Source: Patescibacteria group bacterium (GTDB lineage Bacteria > Patescibacteriota > Minisyncoccia > Ryanbacterales > GWA2-47-10b). Taken from it: 64,000 bases of DNA. The DNA lies in assembly GCA_038064855.1 (NCBI GenBank), contig JBBTSE010000007.1, positions 87,699-151,698 on the forward strand, given 5' to 3'. The notes under the pieces are model-generated. The model searched no databases. It worked only from the letters and a program-made list of their open reading frames with translations, and was not told the origin of the DNA. Of the stretch, positions 9,732 to 19,067 are shown one piece after another. Position numbers and translations under genes: made by a program. The first letter of the stretch is position 1, and every line of letters starts with the position of its first letter.

Positions 9732-10777
9732 AAAAATTTCTCCCGATGACGCGCAGTGATATCGGTATCGATCTCGGCACTGCAAATACACTCGTGTATG
9801 TGAGTGGGCGCGGTATTGTTATTGATGAGCCATCCGTTATTGCTATCAACCAAAAGACGGGTCATGTCGTAGCGGTAGGCGCGGAGGCAAAGCGTATGGT
9901 GGGGCGTACACCGAGTCATATCGTAGCAGTCAGACCGCTCGTCAACGGTGTTATTTCTGATTTTGAAATAACCGAAGAAATGCTTCGTTATTTCATCAAA
10001 CGGGCTCTGGGCGGTCGTTCATCAATGTTTACCCGTCCGCGTGTTGTGATAGGTATCCCTTCAGGCATTACGGAGGTTGAGCGCAGAGCTGTACGCGACG
10101 CCGCGCTCTCTGCAGGTACCAAAGAGGCCTATCTCGTAGAAGAACCCATGGCCGCGGCTATCGGCGTGCGTCTCGAGGTGCAAGATCCGATGGGCAGTAT
10201 GATCGTCGATATTGGTGGAGGTACGACTGATATTGCGGTCGTTTCTCTCGGCGGTATTGTGGCTGCAAAAAATCTTCACGTGGCCGGTGACCGACTTAAT
10301 AACGATATTATTCAATATGCTCGCGATGAGTTTAAACTGCTTTTGGGTGAACGCACGGCAGAAGATTTAAAAATTGCTATCGGTTCGGTATTACCTCAGC
10401 CAACAGCGCTCGAGGCGACGATGCGTGGCCGCGACTTGGTCACAGGTCTCCCTCGTGAAGTTCTTGTCACTGATGTTGATATTCGTGAGGCGATGCGCGG
10501 CTCTATCGCAACGCTGATAAAAGCAGTACGAGAAACAATCGAAGTGACTCCGCCCGAGCTTGTCGCTGACATCATCCATCGGGGCGTTGTACTCGTTGGC
10601 GGGGGTTCGCTCTTGCGCGGACTCGCTACGCTTATTGAGCGCGAGACGCGTATTCCTGTGCGTGTCGCTGAGGATCCATTGACTGCTGTTGTGCGCGGTA
10701 CCGGTATTATTCTTGAAGATCTTGATATGTTACGACCCGTGCTGGTTGAGACAGACTATGAAACGGCAATCAGTTAG
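9725..10777 (+). CDS. mreB: rod shape-determining protein MreB (paralog 2, heads mreBCD-mrdA operon)
   Basis: IGIDLGTANTLVYV, IVDIGGGTTDIAV, GVVLVGGGSLL actin-fold motifs; followed by mreC, mreD, mrdA. Confidence 0.9.
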   Translation: MLEKFLPMTRSDIGIDLGTANTLVYVSGRGIVIDEPSVIAINQKTGHVVAVGAEAKRMVGRTPSHIVAVRPLVNGVISDFEITEEMLRYFIKRALGGRSSMFTRPRVVIGIPSGITEVERRAVRDAALSAGTKEAYLVEEPMAAAIGVRLEVQDPMGSMIVDIGGGTTDIAVVSLGGIVAAKNLHVAGDRLNNDIIQYARDEFKLLLGERTAEDLKIAIGSVLPQPTALEATMRGRDLVTGLPREVLVTDVDIREAMRGSIATLIKAVRETIEVTPPELVADIIHRGVVLVGGGSLLRGLATLIERETRIPVRVAEDPLTAVVRGTGIILEDLDMLRPVLVETDYETAIS

Positions 10778-11387
10778 CGTACGCATTGTCATCATCGCGG
10801 TTGTTCTTTTTTTGGCGACAATCGCTCTTTTTACAAAAATTCTCGTTCCCGCACAACGCATCGTGCTTGATGGATTGGGTAGTGTTGTTCTCGGCGTGCA
10901 CCTGTTTTCAGACGCCGTCTCGGGAGATAGTCCCATTCCGCAAGACGCCGTGCGTATCATTGCGCGTCGTGCCGATGAATTCCAAAATACTTTTATTATC
11001 AGTATGAGTGCTACCGAAGGCGCAAAAATTGTTTCTGGCGATACACTAGTAGGCGTCGTGGTTGCGAAGGGTAGCATGGTATCAAAAGGTGAGGCGATCA
11101 CCGCACCTGGCTTTATCGTTCATGGTATCGTGAGCCGCTCAGGCGTGCCCGCCGAATTGCACGGCAAGGGGGCGATGTTGCTCGAGACGCGTCTCCCGCG
11201 CGGCACTGATGTACGCGTAGGTGATAGGGTTATCGAGGATCAGGGTGTTCCGCTCGGAATCGGCACCGTTGTCAATATTATTGATAGCGCGTCGGATCCT
11301 TTTATAACGGTTGTTGTACAAAGCCCAGTCAATCTCTACACTCTTTCTTTTGTTCAGATACAAGAAGAAATTGTAAATGCTCTATGA
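10758..11387 (+). CDS. mreC: rod shape-determining protein MreC
   Basis: N-terminal TM anchor plus beta-rich periplasmic domain; position between mreB and mreD; start at internal Met overlapping mreB end. Confidence 0.7.
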   Translation: MKRQSVSVRIVIIAVVLFLATIALFTKILVPAQRIVLDGLGSVVLGVHLFSDAVSGDSPIPQDAVRIIARRADEFQNTFIISMSATEGAKIVSGDTLVGVVVAKGSMVSKGEAITAPGFIVHGIVSRSGVPAELHGKGAMLLETRLPRGTDVRVGDRVIEDQGVPLGIGTVVNIIDSASDPFITVVVQSPVNLYTLSFVQIQEEIVNAL

Positions 11388-11827
11388 ATACCCTTGTCGA
11401 CATGATACTGGTAGCTCCCTTTGTCGCATTGTTGGCGCCCGGCATGCGTTGGATTTTTTGGGCAAGCGTATGTTCGGCGCTCCTTGTAGCTGAGTTTTTC
11501 TCCCCTTTTTCTTTTGGTTTATTATCACTCGCGCTTTGTGCGGGGTGGTTGTTTACGCGCACACTCATCACTTTTTTTAATACATCGTCGATCATGAGTA
11601 TTATGGTCGCATTCGTAGTAGGTATCACTATTGAAGTTTCGTTGGTACTTTCTCTTTTTGTTTTTGAGCAAGGCACCATGAGTGAGGCATCCGTGTTTCG
11701 CGGTGGTATTTTTGCCTTGCGACAATTTCTCGCAGGCCTTTTTGTGTTCGCGCTTATTATGGGAATGCGTGCGGCGTATGCTGTAGGTATCTATGCGGTG
11801 GCTGAAGAAAAAAATCCATTCGCATGA
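11384..11827 (+). CDS. mreD: rod shape-determining protein MreD-like membrane protein
   Basis: Small polytopic membrane protein in canonical mreBCD position; 4-nt overlap with mreC stop. Confidence 0.5.
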   Translation: MNTLVDMILVAPFVALLAPGMRWIFWASVCSALLVAEFFSPFSFGLLSLALCAGWLFTRTLITFFNTSSIMSIMVAFVVGITIEVSLVLSLFVFEQGTMSEASVFRGGIFALRQFLAGLFVFALIMGMRAAYAVGIYAVAEEKNPFA

Positions 11828-13508
11828 TGGCCTTACTCCCGATGAGGTTTTTCTTGACGCCCATGAGATTCCAGGATTCTCACGAGAACGCCTTGAAGGA
11901 CTCATCGAGAAGCCGATAGGCAAAGGAGCGTTTTTATCATTTAGTGTCCTTCTTACGCTCTTTGGTCTGCTTCTTGTTGGCCGCGCCTTTTGGTTGCAAG
12001 TTGTACGCGGCGATGAGCTCACGATGCGCTCAGAGCACAATTATATCGAGACGACTTATGTCGATCCGCCGCGAGGTGTTATCTATGACCGCACGGGAGC
12101 CGTTATCGCTACCAATGAAGCATACACTGATGAAAAAGGCGAGATTCGGTATCGGAGATCAATGCGCCACCCGTATGCATTTAGTCACCTTGTAGGATAT
12201 GTAGGCACACCCTCAAAAGCTGAAAAAGATGCAGGTCGTGATGCGGTCGGCGTTTTAGCTATTGGTAAAACGGGGCTTGAGAGTAGATATGATATACCAT
12301 TGCGTGGTATCGCGGGGAGACGCGACCAAGAACTTGATGCGGCAGGATCCACCGTCTCTCGAGGTCTTATTGTGAGACCAGAAGAAGGTGAAAATATGAA
12401 GACCACCATCAATGCGCCTTTGCAAGAAGCGATGTGGGAAATACTTGACCGTATTATGCGCGAGCGAGGTTTTCGTGGCGGCGGCGGGATTATCTTTTCT
12501 GTAAAAGATGGATCGGTGGCATCTTTGGTGAGCGTACCGAGCTATGATGCAAATGCATTCGCGCGTGGGCTCACACAAGAAGAAGCAACAGAACTTTTCT
12601 CAAGTACGCGCGCTCCGCTTTTTAATCGTGTACTTTCTGGTACCTACGCCCCCGGTTCTATTATCAAGCCGTTTGTAGCGATGGCCGCGCTGGAAGAAGG
12701 CGTCATTGATGAACATAAAAGTTTGTATAGCTCTGGCGCACTCGAGCTGCCAAATCCATTTAACCCGAGCCAGCCGAGTAGATTCCTCGACTGGAAGGCA
12801 CACGGCTATGTTGATTTGCGCCGTGCGCTTGCCGTTTCGTCCGATGTCTATTTTTATACCGTTGGCGGTGGCTTCGGTGATGTCAAAGGGCTGGGGATTG
12901 CGCGTATTAAATTATGGCTTGAGAAGTTTGGATTTGGTAAAACGACTGGCATCGATCTCGATGGTGAAAAAATAGGTTTTTTACCCGACCCTGAATCAAA
13001 GAAAACACTTCACCCAGAAAATCCTATCTGGCGTATTGGTGATACCTATCATGCAAGTATCGGACAAGGCGATGTGTTAGTCACACCGCTTGAAGCTGCG
13101 CGCGCCCTTTCCGCTATTGCCACCGGCGGTACTCTTGCAGAGCTTCATATCGCCGAGAATGCCGCCAAGTCGCCAGAACAATTTGAGAAGCTTGCGTTTA
13201 GTGAGAAGAACTTGAAGGCTGTTCGTGAAGGGATGCGCTCGGCGGTCGCTGATGGGGGCACCGCCGCTGCGGTGTCATGGGTCCAGACACCCATTGCTGG
13301 TAAGACAGGTACCGCGGAGGTAGGGAGCAAGAAAGACCGTGTACACTCATGGTTTATGGGCTTTGCGCCCGCGGATGACCCACAGATTGGCATTGTGCTC
13401 TTTTTAGAGTCAGGACCACGCGCAAACCTTGTGGGAGCCCCATTTGCTACATCCGAGGTATTTCGCTGGATTATGGACCACGGAGGGGTCGAGGGCATTT
13501 TGCGTTGA
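11793..13508 (+). CDS. mrdA: penicillin-binding protein 2 (elongasome transpeptidase)
   Basis: TM anchor; transpeptidase motifs SIIKPF (SxxK), SSDVYF (SxN/D), KTGTAE (KTG); follows mreBCD. Confidence 0.85.
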   Translation: MRWLKKKIHSHDGLTPDEVFLDAHEIPGFSRERLEGLIEKPIGKGAFLSFSVLLTLFGLLLVGRAFWLQVVRGDELTMRSEHNYIETTYVDPPRGVIYDRTGAVIATNEAYTDEKGEIRYRRSMRHPYAFSHLVGYVGTPSKAEKDAGRDAVGVLAIGKTGLESRYDIPLRGIAGRRDQELDAAGSTVSRGLIVRPEEGENMKTTINAPLQEAMWEILDRIMRERGFRGGGGIIFSVKDGSVASLVSVPSYDANAFARGLTQEEATELFSSTRAPLFNRVLSGTYAPGSIIKPFVAMAALEEGVIDEHKSLYSSGALELPNPFNPSQPSRFLDWKAHGYVDLRRALAVSSDVYFYTVGGGFGDVKGLGIARIKLWLEKFGFGKTTGIDLDGEKIGFLPDPESKKTLHPENPIWRIGDTYHASIGQGDVLVTPLEAARALSAIATGGTLAELHIAENAAKSPEQFEKLAFSEKNLKAVREGMRSAVADGGTAAAVSWVQTPIAGKTGTAEVGSKKDRVHSWFMGFAPADDPQIGIVLFLESGPRANLVGAPFATSEVFRWIMDHGGVEGILR

Positions 13509-13567
13509 CAGAGTGCCCCCGGTCTTTTACAATAAAAACCTTATAGCTAGCATAAAAACTATATACT

Positions 13568-14038
13568 ATGACACTTTCAGACGACCGCGAATATCTTTCA
13601 GCCGAAGGACTCAAAGACATCGAAGGACGACTCAAGAATCTCAAGACGACTCGTCGTGTTCAGATTGCAGAGCGTCTCGAGTTTGCGAAGAGTCTCGGTG
13701 ATCTTTCAGAGAACGCTGAATATTCAGAGGCGAAAGAAGAACAAATGGTAAACGAAGCCGAGGTGGCAAAGCTCGAAGATATTTTGTCGCGCGCTTCTGT
13801 TATCTCAAATACCGATTCTTCTGAGGTTCGCCTCGGCTCAAATGTTAAATGTCGCAAGATTGGCAACGGCGATGAACAATTTATGATTGTAGGACGCGAA
13901 GAAGCTGATCCGTTCAAGGGCAAGGTTTCAAATGAATCACCACTCGGCAAGGCATTTTTGGGCAAGCGCAAAAACGAAAAAGTGCTCGTCTCAACCCCTC
14001 GAGGCCAGATCGAATATTCTATTATCGAAATTGCTTAG
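13568..14038 (+). CDS. greA: transcription elongation factor GreA
   Basis: Coiled-coil tip with acidic residues LGDLSENAEYSEAKEEQ and C-terminal FKBP-like domain SPLGKAFLGKRKNEKVLV. Confidence 0.9.
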   Translation: MTLSDDREYLSAEGLKDIEGRLKNLKTTRRVQIAERLEFAKSLGDLSENAEYSEAKEEQMVNEAEVAKLEDILSRASVISNTDSSEVRLGSNVKCRKIGNGDEQFMIVGREEADPFKGKVSNESPLGKAFLGKRKNEKVLVSTPRGQIEYSIIEIA

Positions 14039-14059
14039 TAGCCGATGCGTATTGTCGCG

Positions 14060-14095
14060 TGCTCAGTTGTTAGTAGAACAGCTGAGCATTTTCGG
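14060..14095 (+). terminator. putative rho-independent terminator after greA
   Basis: Stem TGCTCAG...CTGAGCA followed by TTTTCGGTT. Confidence 0.5.
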
Positions 14096-14125
14096 TTATA
14101 CTGAGAATTATAAGACTTACTGTTT

Positions 14126-15586
14126 ATGTCTGCCGAAGATATACGATCTGAGCGCCTCAAAAAGCTCGCAATATTAAAAGAACGGGGTATTGACCCATAT
14201 CCTGCCGAATCTTTTCGCACGCATGAAAATGCTTTGTTTTTGAAGTCTTATGAGTCTCTCGCAAGTTCTCAAGAAAAAGTAACACTTGCGGGTAGAATCA
14301 TGTCGCAGAGAGATCAGGGAGGCATTATCTTTGTCGATCTTTTTGATGGGACTGAGCGCGTTCAGGCGCTGATTAAAAAAGATGATATCGGCGAAGAGTC
14401 ATTCGATCTTTTTTTGGAGACGGTGAGCGTGAGCGATTTTATAGAGGTTTTGGGTGTCGCATTTACGACAAAGCGGGGGATGAACTCACTTTTGGCCAGT
14501 AGTTGGCGTATGCTGGCAAAAAGTCTCAATCAAGTTCCTGATGAATGGTTCGGCCTCAAAGACGAGGATGAACGATATCGCAAGCGATATCTTGATATGT
14601 TGCTCGATCCAGAGGTCGCGAATCTCGCAAAAAAACGCTCAATATTTTGGAACACTATTCGTTTGTTTATGTTAAAGCGCGGTTTTATAGAAGTAGAGAC
14701 GCCAATCTTGGAGACAAAAACTGGTGGAGCAGAGGCTCGGCCATTTGTGACCCGTCACAATGCACTTGATATGGATGTATATTTGAGAATTTCGCACGAA
14801 CTTTGGCATAAAAAACTCATCGTAGGCGGTCTCCCAAAAGTTTTTGAGATAGGAAGGGTATTTAGAAATGAAGGTATGTCGTTTGAGCATGCTCAAGACT
14901 ATACGCATTTTGAGTTTTATGAAGCATATCAAGACGCTCGCCAAGGCATCCCTATGCTTATTGATTTGTATCGTACCGTTGCTCAAGAGACTTTTGGAAC
15001 GCTTAAGTTTCAAATCGGCAAGCATGAAGTTGATCTCGGCGTAGAGTGGGAACAGATCGACTACAACAAGTGTATACAGGACAAGTACGGATTTGATCCA
15101 CGCGATGTTGATCAATCAGCGGGCGCAGGACGCAAGCTTCTTAAAAAACATATTCCTGATTATGAAGGCGATATCACGGAGACGGGTCGTGCAGTTGATT
15201 TCTTATGGAAACAGGTGCGACGGACTATTAGCGGTCCTGCGATTTTGACCGGTATACCTGTATATCTTGAACCCCTCGCTAAGAAAAACAAAGACGATCA
15301 GCGTGTGGTAGATCGTTTTCAGATTATTTTGGCAGGTAGCGAGATAGGTAAGGCTTTCAACGAGCTCAACGATCCTATTGACCAGCGTGAGCGTTTTGAA
15401 AAACAACAGGCACTCAGAGACGCAGGAGATGAAGAAGCTCAGATGATCGATCTTGAATACATCGAAGCCATGGAATACGGTATGCCACCTATTTTCGGGT
15501 TCGGGTTTTCTGAGCGACTATTTAGCTTCTTGGTGGGTAAGAGTATACGCGAATCACAGCTCTTTCCGTTAATGAAGCCAAAATAA
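14126..15586 (+). CDS. lysS: lysyl-tRNA synthetase, class II
   Basis: N-terminal OB-fold anticodon-binding domain and class II catalytic core (FRNEGMS, GGAEARPF, ELNDP motifs); 486 aa. Confidence 0.9.
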   Translation: MSAEDIRSERLKKLAILKERGIDPYPAESFRTHENALFLKSYESLASSQEKVTLAGRIMSQRDQGGIIFVDLFDGTERVQALIKKDDIGEESFDLFLETVSVSDFIEVLGVAFTTKRGMNSLLASSWRMLAKSLNQVPDEWFGLKDEDERYRKRYLDMLLDPEVANLAKKRSIFWNTIRLFMLKRGFIEVETPILETKTGGAEARPFVTRHNALDMDVYLRISHELWHKKLIVGGLPKVFEIGRVFRNEGMSFEHAQDYTHFEFYEAYQDARQGIPMLIDLYRTVAQETFGTLKFQIGKHEVDLGVEWEQIDYNKCIQDKYGFDPRDVDQSAGAGRKLLKKHIPDYEGDITETGRAVDFLWKQVRRTISGPAILTGIPVYLEPLAKKNKDDQRVVDRFQIILAGSEIGKAFNELNDPIDQRERFEKQQALRDAGDEEAQMIDLEYIEAMEYGMPPIFGFGFSERLFSFLVGKSIRESQLFPLMKPK

Positions 15587-15618
15587 AACTCTCTTTTCAC
15601 GGTTGATAAGCTGTGCAT

Positions 15619-15650
15619 AAAACACCCCCGAGAGGGTGTTTTGCTTTTAT
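15619..15650 (+). terminator. rho-independent terminator after lysS
   Basis: AAAACACCC-ccgaga-GGGTGTTTT hairpin followed by GCTTTTAT. Confidence 0.7.
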
Positions 15651-15684
15651 CCACAAGGATTTTTGTTTCTTTTCACAAAGGTGT

Positions 15685-15750
15685 TGTGAGTGGATAGGTT
15701 AGTGGTGTATATTGAGTACATAGTGGTAGAAAAGTGGGAAGAAGTGGGTA
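15685..15750 (+). promoter_or_regulatory. putative MraZ operator: direct GTGG(G) repeats upstream of mraZ
   Basis: Several (A)GTGG(G/T) copies at ~10-11 bp spacing, including GTGGG at 15734-15738 and 15744-15748, 25-40 nt upstream of mraZ start; MraZ is known to bind GTGGG direct repeats in its own promoter. Confidence 0.5.
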
Positions 15751-15772
15751 ATTTGACGGATATTCTATACCA

Positions 15773-16207
15773 ATGTTTTTAGGCGAATATGTACACACGA
15801 TAGATCAAAAAAGGCGTCTTTCGATACCCACGCGTTTGCGCAAAGAACTTGGTAAGGAAGCAGTCGTGACAAAGGGGCCCGATCATTGTCTCTTTCTCTT
15901 CCCAATCAAAACATGGGAGGCGATGGCCGAGAAACTTTCACACTTGCCATTAGGCCAAGCAGACACACGAAACTTTGTCCGCTTTATGCTCTCGGGTGCC
16001 GCCGAATCAGAACTCGATAATCTCGGACGCATTTTGATCCCCGACACGCTCAAAGAATACGCGGAGCTCGGATCAAAAGCAGTCGTAGTAGGAGTATTTG
16101 ATCGAATCGAAGTATGGTCGCCCGAACGCTGGGCAGATGTACGCAAACACACGCAAGACAACGCCGATAGATTAGCCGAACGATTGGGAGAACTAGGGAT
16201 GTACTAA
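15773..16207 (+). CDS. mraZ: division/cell wall cluster transcriptional regulator MraZ
   Basis: Two MraZ/SpoVT-AbrB repeats (DQKRRLSIP..., LDNLGRILIP...); first gene of dcw cluster. Confidence 0.9.
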   Translation: MFLGEYVHTIDQKRRLSIPTRLRKELGKEAVVTKGPDHCLFLFPIKTWEAMAEKLSHLPLGQADTRNFVRFMLSGAAESELDNLGRILIPDTLKEYAELGSKAVVVGVFDRIEVWSPERWADVRKHTQDNADRLAERLGELGMY

Positions 16208-17068
16208 ATGATTCACAAGCCCGTACTGGTAGCAGAAGTGATGGAATACTTGCAGCCACATAGAGGAGGAACTTATATCGACGCGACGCTAGGGGCTGGA
16301 GGGCATACGCGAGCGATACTCGAAAAGATCGGATATGAGGGTACGGTACTCGGCATCGAACAAGACCCCGAGCTTGCCGAAAAAATAAAAAAAGAACATA
16401 TCAAAAATCTCATCATTGAAAATACTTCATATATTGCCATGGAAAAGCTTACGACACTTCACAAATTAGACCGCGTTGATGGCGTGCTTTTTGATTTTGG
16501 CATGAACTCATGGCATGTCGATGCGTCAGGGCGAGGCTTTTCATTTCAAAAAGACGAAGTGCTCGATATGCGTTTTGATCCTTCAAACACCACATCAGCA
16601 GCGCACATCATCAACCAATCGACAGCGCACGAGCTCGAAGATATTTTCCGTACTTACGGGGAAGAGCGCAGGGCTCGCCAGATCGCTGAGGCGATTGTCG
16701 AGGAGCGTAAGAATGGGCGCATTTTAACCACTGAACGGCTTTGCTCAATCATTGGTCGCATCGTACCCAAGAGCGCGAGGCATCCGGCAACGCGCGTGTT
16801 TCAGGCGCTTCGTATCGCGGTCAATCGTGAGCTTGATAATGTAGCAGAAGGTCTGTCAGCCGCGTTTCGATTGCTCGCGCCGGGTGGCAGGGTAGTGGCT
16901 ATCGCGTTTCATTCACTTGAGGACAGGATCGTCAAACAAGCGATGCGTAATACTGAAGGTGGGCAGGTGCTTACCAAAAAAGCTGTGCGTGCGACGCGCG
17001 CCGAATATCTAGTAAACCCAAGATCACGGTCGGCAGTACTTCGCGCATGGGAGAAAAAAAGTATATGA
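16208..17068 (+). CDS. rsmH: 16S rRNA (cytosine1402-N4)-methyltransferase
   Basis: N-term HKPVL...DATLGAGGH SAM-binding motif typical of RsmH/MraW; follows mraZ. Confidence 0.9.
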   Translation: MIHKPVLVAEVMEYLQPHRGGTYIDATLGAGGHTRAILEKIGYEGTVLGIEQDPELAEKIKKEHIKNLIIENTSYIAMEKLTTLHKLDRVDGVLFDFGMNSWHVDASGRGFSFQKDEVLDMRFDPSNTTSAAHIINQSTAHELEDIFRTYGEERRARQIAEAIVEERKNGRILTTERLCSIIGRIVPKSARHPATRVFQALRIAVNRELDNVAEGLSAAFRLLAPGGRVVAIAFHSLEDRIVKQAMRNTEGGQVLTKKAVRATRAEYLVNPRSRSAVLRAWEKKSI

Positions 17069-17337
17069 AACGCGCGATATATTTTTTGTTAGCCGTCGGT
17101 GTTGTCTCAGGTATCACTTCAATTATCTTTGCTAACGCAACATATACGGAAAGTCATGATATGCGCAAAGCGCGCGCCGAACTTTCTGAACTCGATGACC
17201 AGTATACAGAACTTAAATCATCCTATTTGCGTCTCGCGCTCGAAGAGTTGGAGCCTCAGGCCCGCGCCCAAGGTTTTATAGCGCTCGAAAGCCCTCGTTA
17301 TATTCGTCACAATACCGCAGTCGGTTTTGCCCGCTAA
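17065..17337 (+). CDS. ftsL: cell division protein FtsL-like
   Basis: Small single-TM protein followed by coiled-coil, in canonical position between rsmH and ftsI. Confidence 0.45.
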   Translation: MKRAIYFLLAVGVVSGITSIIFANATYTESHDMRKARAELSELDDQYTELKSSYLRLALEELEPQARAQGFIALESPRYIRHNTAVGFAR

Positions 17338-17339
17338 CC

Positions 17340-19067
17340 ATGAACGCGTTTTTGAAACGCGTGACCTCTCTCACGATTTTTGTGGGAGGGCTATTGTTTG
17401 TTGTCTTGTCACGCGTTGCTTGGTTGCAAGTGGTCCGTGGCGCAGAGTATCGTGAGCAGGCATCGCGCCAACAATCAGTATCAGAAATTTTTAAGGCGAA
17501 CCGCGGTGAAATCTTGGCGCATGAAAAAAACGCACTCGTGCCGGTGGCAACTACGAAAGAGGGCTGGCTTATGCATATCAATCCAAAGCTTATACAGAAT
17601 CCAGTAGAACTCTATGAGAAACTCTCGCATATCGCGAGTACTACCATGCCTAAAGATGAGTTTGTTGAGCGCGCAAGTAAATCAAACGATCCATATGAGA
17701 TCATCGAACATCGGATATCGCCTTCGGTAAAGCGAGCTATTGAGGCTGCCGAGCTACCAGGTGTCGAATTTTCGCCTGAGCGTTGGCGGTTTTACCCTGC
17801 GGCTGATTTTGCCTCGCAGGTCATAGGTTTTGTGGGTGCTGATGATACGGGGCAGTATGGCCTTGAGCGCTTTTACAATGAAGATTTGTTAGGGCGCGAT
17901 GGTGTTTTTGTAGGCGAAAAGACATCAGGAAAAAAACTTCTCTGGTTTGGTAACGCGAGCTTGACGCCCGTCAAACACGGTGCCTCTATCATTTCCACGC
18001 TCGATACCGGCGTACAGACCAATCTTGAGGGTGTATTGAAAAAAATACGAGAAGAATACCATGCCACATCAGCTGGAGGCATCATCATCAATCCAAAAAC
18101 AGGCCAGATACTAGCGATGGCATCAGTACCATCGTTTGACCCAAATAGATATTCGGATGTAGAAGACATCGCTATTTTTAAAAACCCTCTCGTCGAAGAT
18201 CTTTTTGAAATGGGTTCGGTAGTAAAGCCTCTTACTATTGCCGCCGCCATTGATGCAGGGGTCGTCACAACACAGACCACTTACAATGATACGGGTACGC
18301 GCACGATTGATACGGCGACTATCGCAAACTTCGATGGTAAGGCGCGCGGTGTCGTACCGATACAAGAAATTTTATCGCAGTCACTCAATATCGGTGCCGT
18401 GTTTGTTATGGAGCAACTCGGAAAAGATCGTTTTCGTGAATATATGCATGGTTTCGGGTTAGCAGAAAAAACAGGTATCGATGTGCCGGGCGAGGCGAGT
18501 GGTAAGTTGGCAAATCTCGAGAGCTCACGACTGATTGAATTTGCAACCGCATCATTTGGCCAAGGTATTTCGATGACTGGCGTAGAATTTGTACGGGCTC
18601 TCTCGAGTATTGCCAATGGAGGGTTTTTAGTTGATCCTTACCTTATAGAGGAAGTTCGTGACGAGGACGATACAATAGTCGAGAAAAAGCGTGGCGCACC
18701 ACGCCGTGTCCTGAAAGAAGAAACATCAAAAACAGTAACTCGTATGTTGGTAGAAGTAGTCGATAAAAAACTCGCGAACGGCAAAGGTAGAATCCCCGGG
18801 TATTCGGTGGCTGCAAAAACGGGTACTGCGCAGATCGCATCAAAAAACTCGCGTGGATATTCCGGTGAATTCATGCATACTTTTTTTGGATACGGTCCTG
18901 CCTACGATCCGCAATTTTTAGTATTTTTATATATCGAACGCCCTCAGGGTATTCGGTACGCGTCAGAGTCACTCACACAACCATTTCGCGTTGTCATGAA
19001 GCATCTATTTTCATATTTTGAGATTATTCCTGATAGGCCGCACGAGCTTGAAGCAAAAACACCATGA
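17340..19067 (+). CDS. ftsI: penicillin-binding protein (FtsI/PBP3-type transpeptidase)
   Basis: TM anchor; SVVKPL (SxxK), SQSLN (SxN), KTGTAQ (KTG) motifs; dcw position. Confidence 0.85.
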   Translation: MNAFLKRVTSLTIFVGGLLFVVLSRVAWLQVVRGAEYREQASRQQSVSEIFKANRGEILAHEKNALVPVATTKEGWLMHINPKLIQNPVELYEKLSHIASTTMPKDEFVERASKSNDPYEIIEHRISPSVKRAIEAAELPGVEFSPERWRFYPAADFASQVIGFVGADDTGQYGLERFYNEDLLGRDGVFVGEKTSGKKLLWFGNASLTPVKHGASIISTLDTGVQTNLEGVLKKIREEYHATSAGGIIINPKTGQILAMASVPSFDPNRYSDVEDIAIFKNPLVEDLFEMGSVVKPLTIAAAIDAGVVTTQTTYNDTGTRTIDTATIANFDGKARGVVPIQEILSQSLNIGAVFVMEQLGKDRFREYMHGFGLAEKTGIDVPGEASGKLANLESSRLIEFATASFGQGISMTGVEFVRALSSIANGGFLVDPYLIEEVRDEDDTIVEKKRGAPRRVLKEETSKTVTRMLVEVVDKKLANGKGRIPGYSVAAKTGTAQIASKNSRGYSGEFMHTFFGYGPAYDPQFLVFLYIERPQGIRYASESLTQPFRVVMKHLFSYFEIIPDRPHELEAKTP

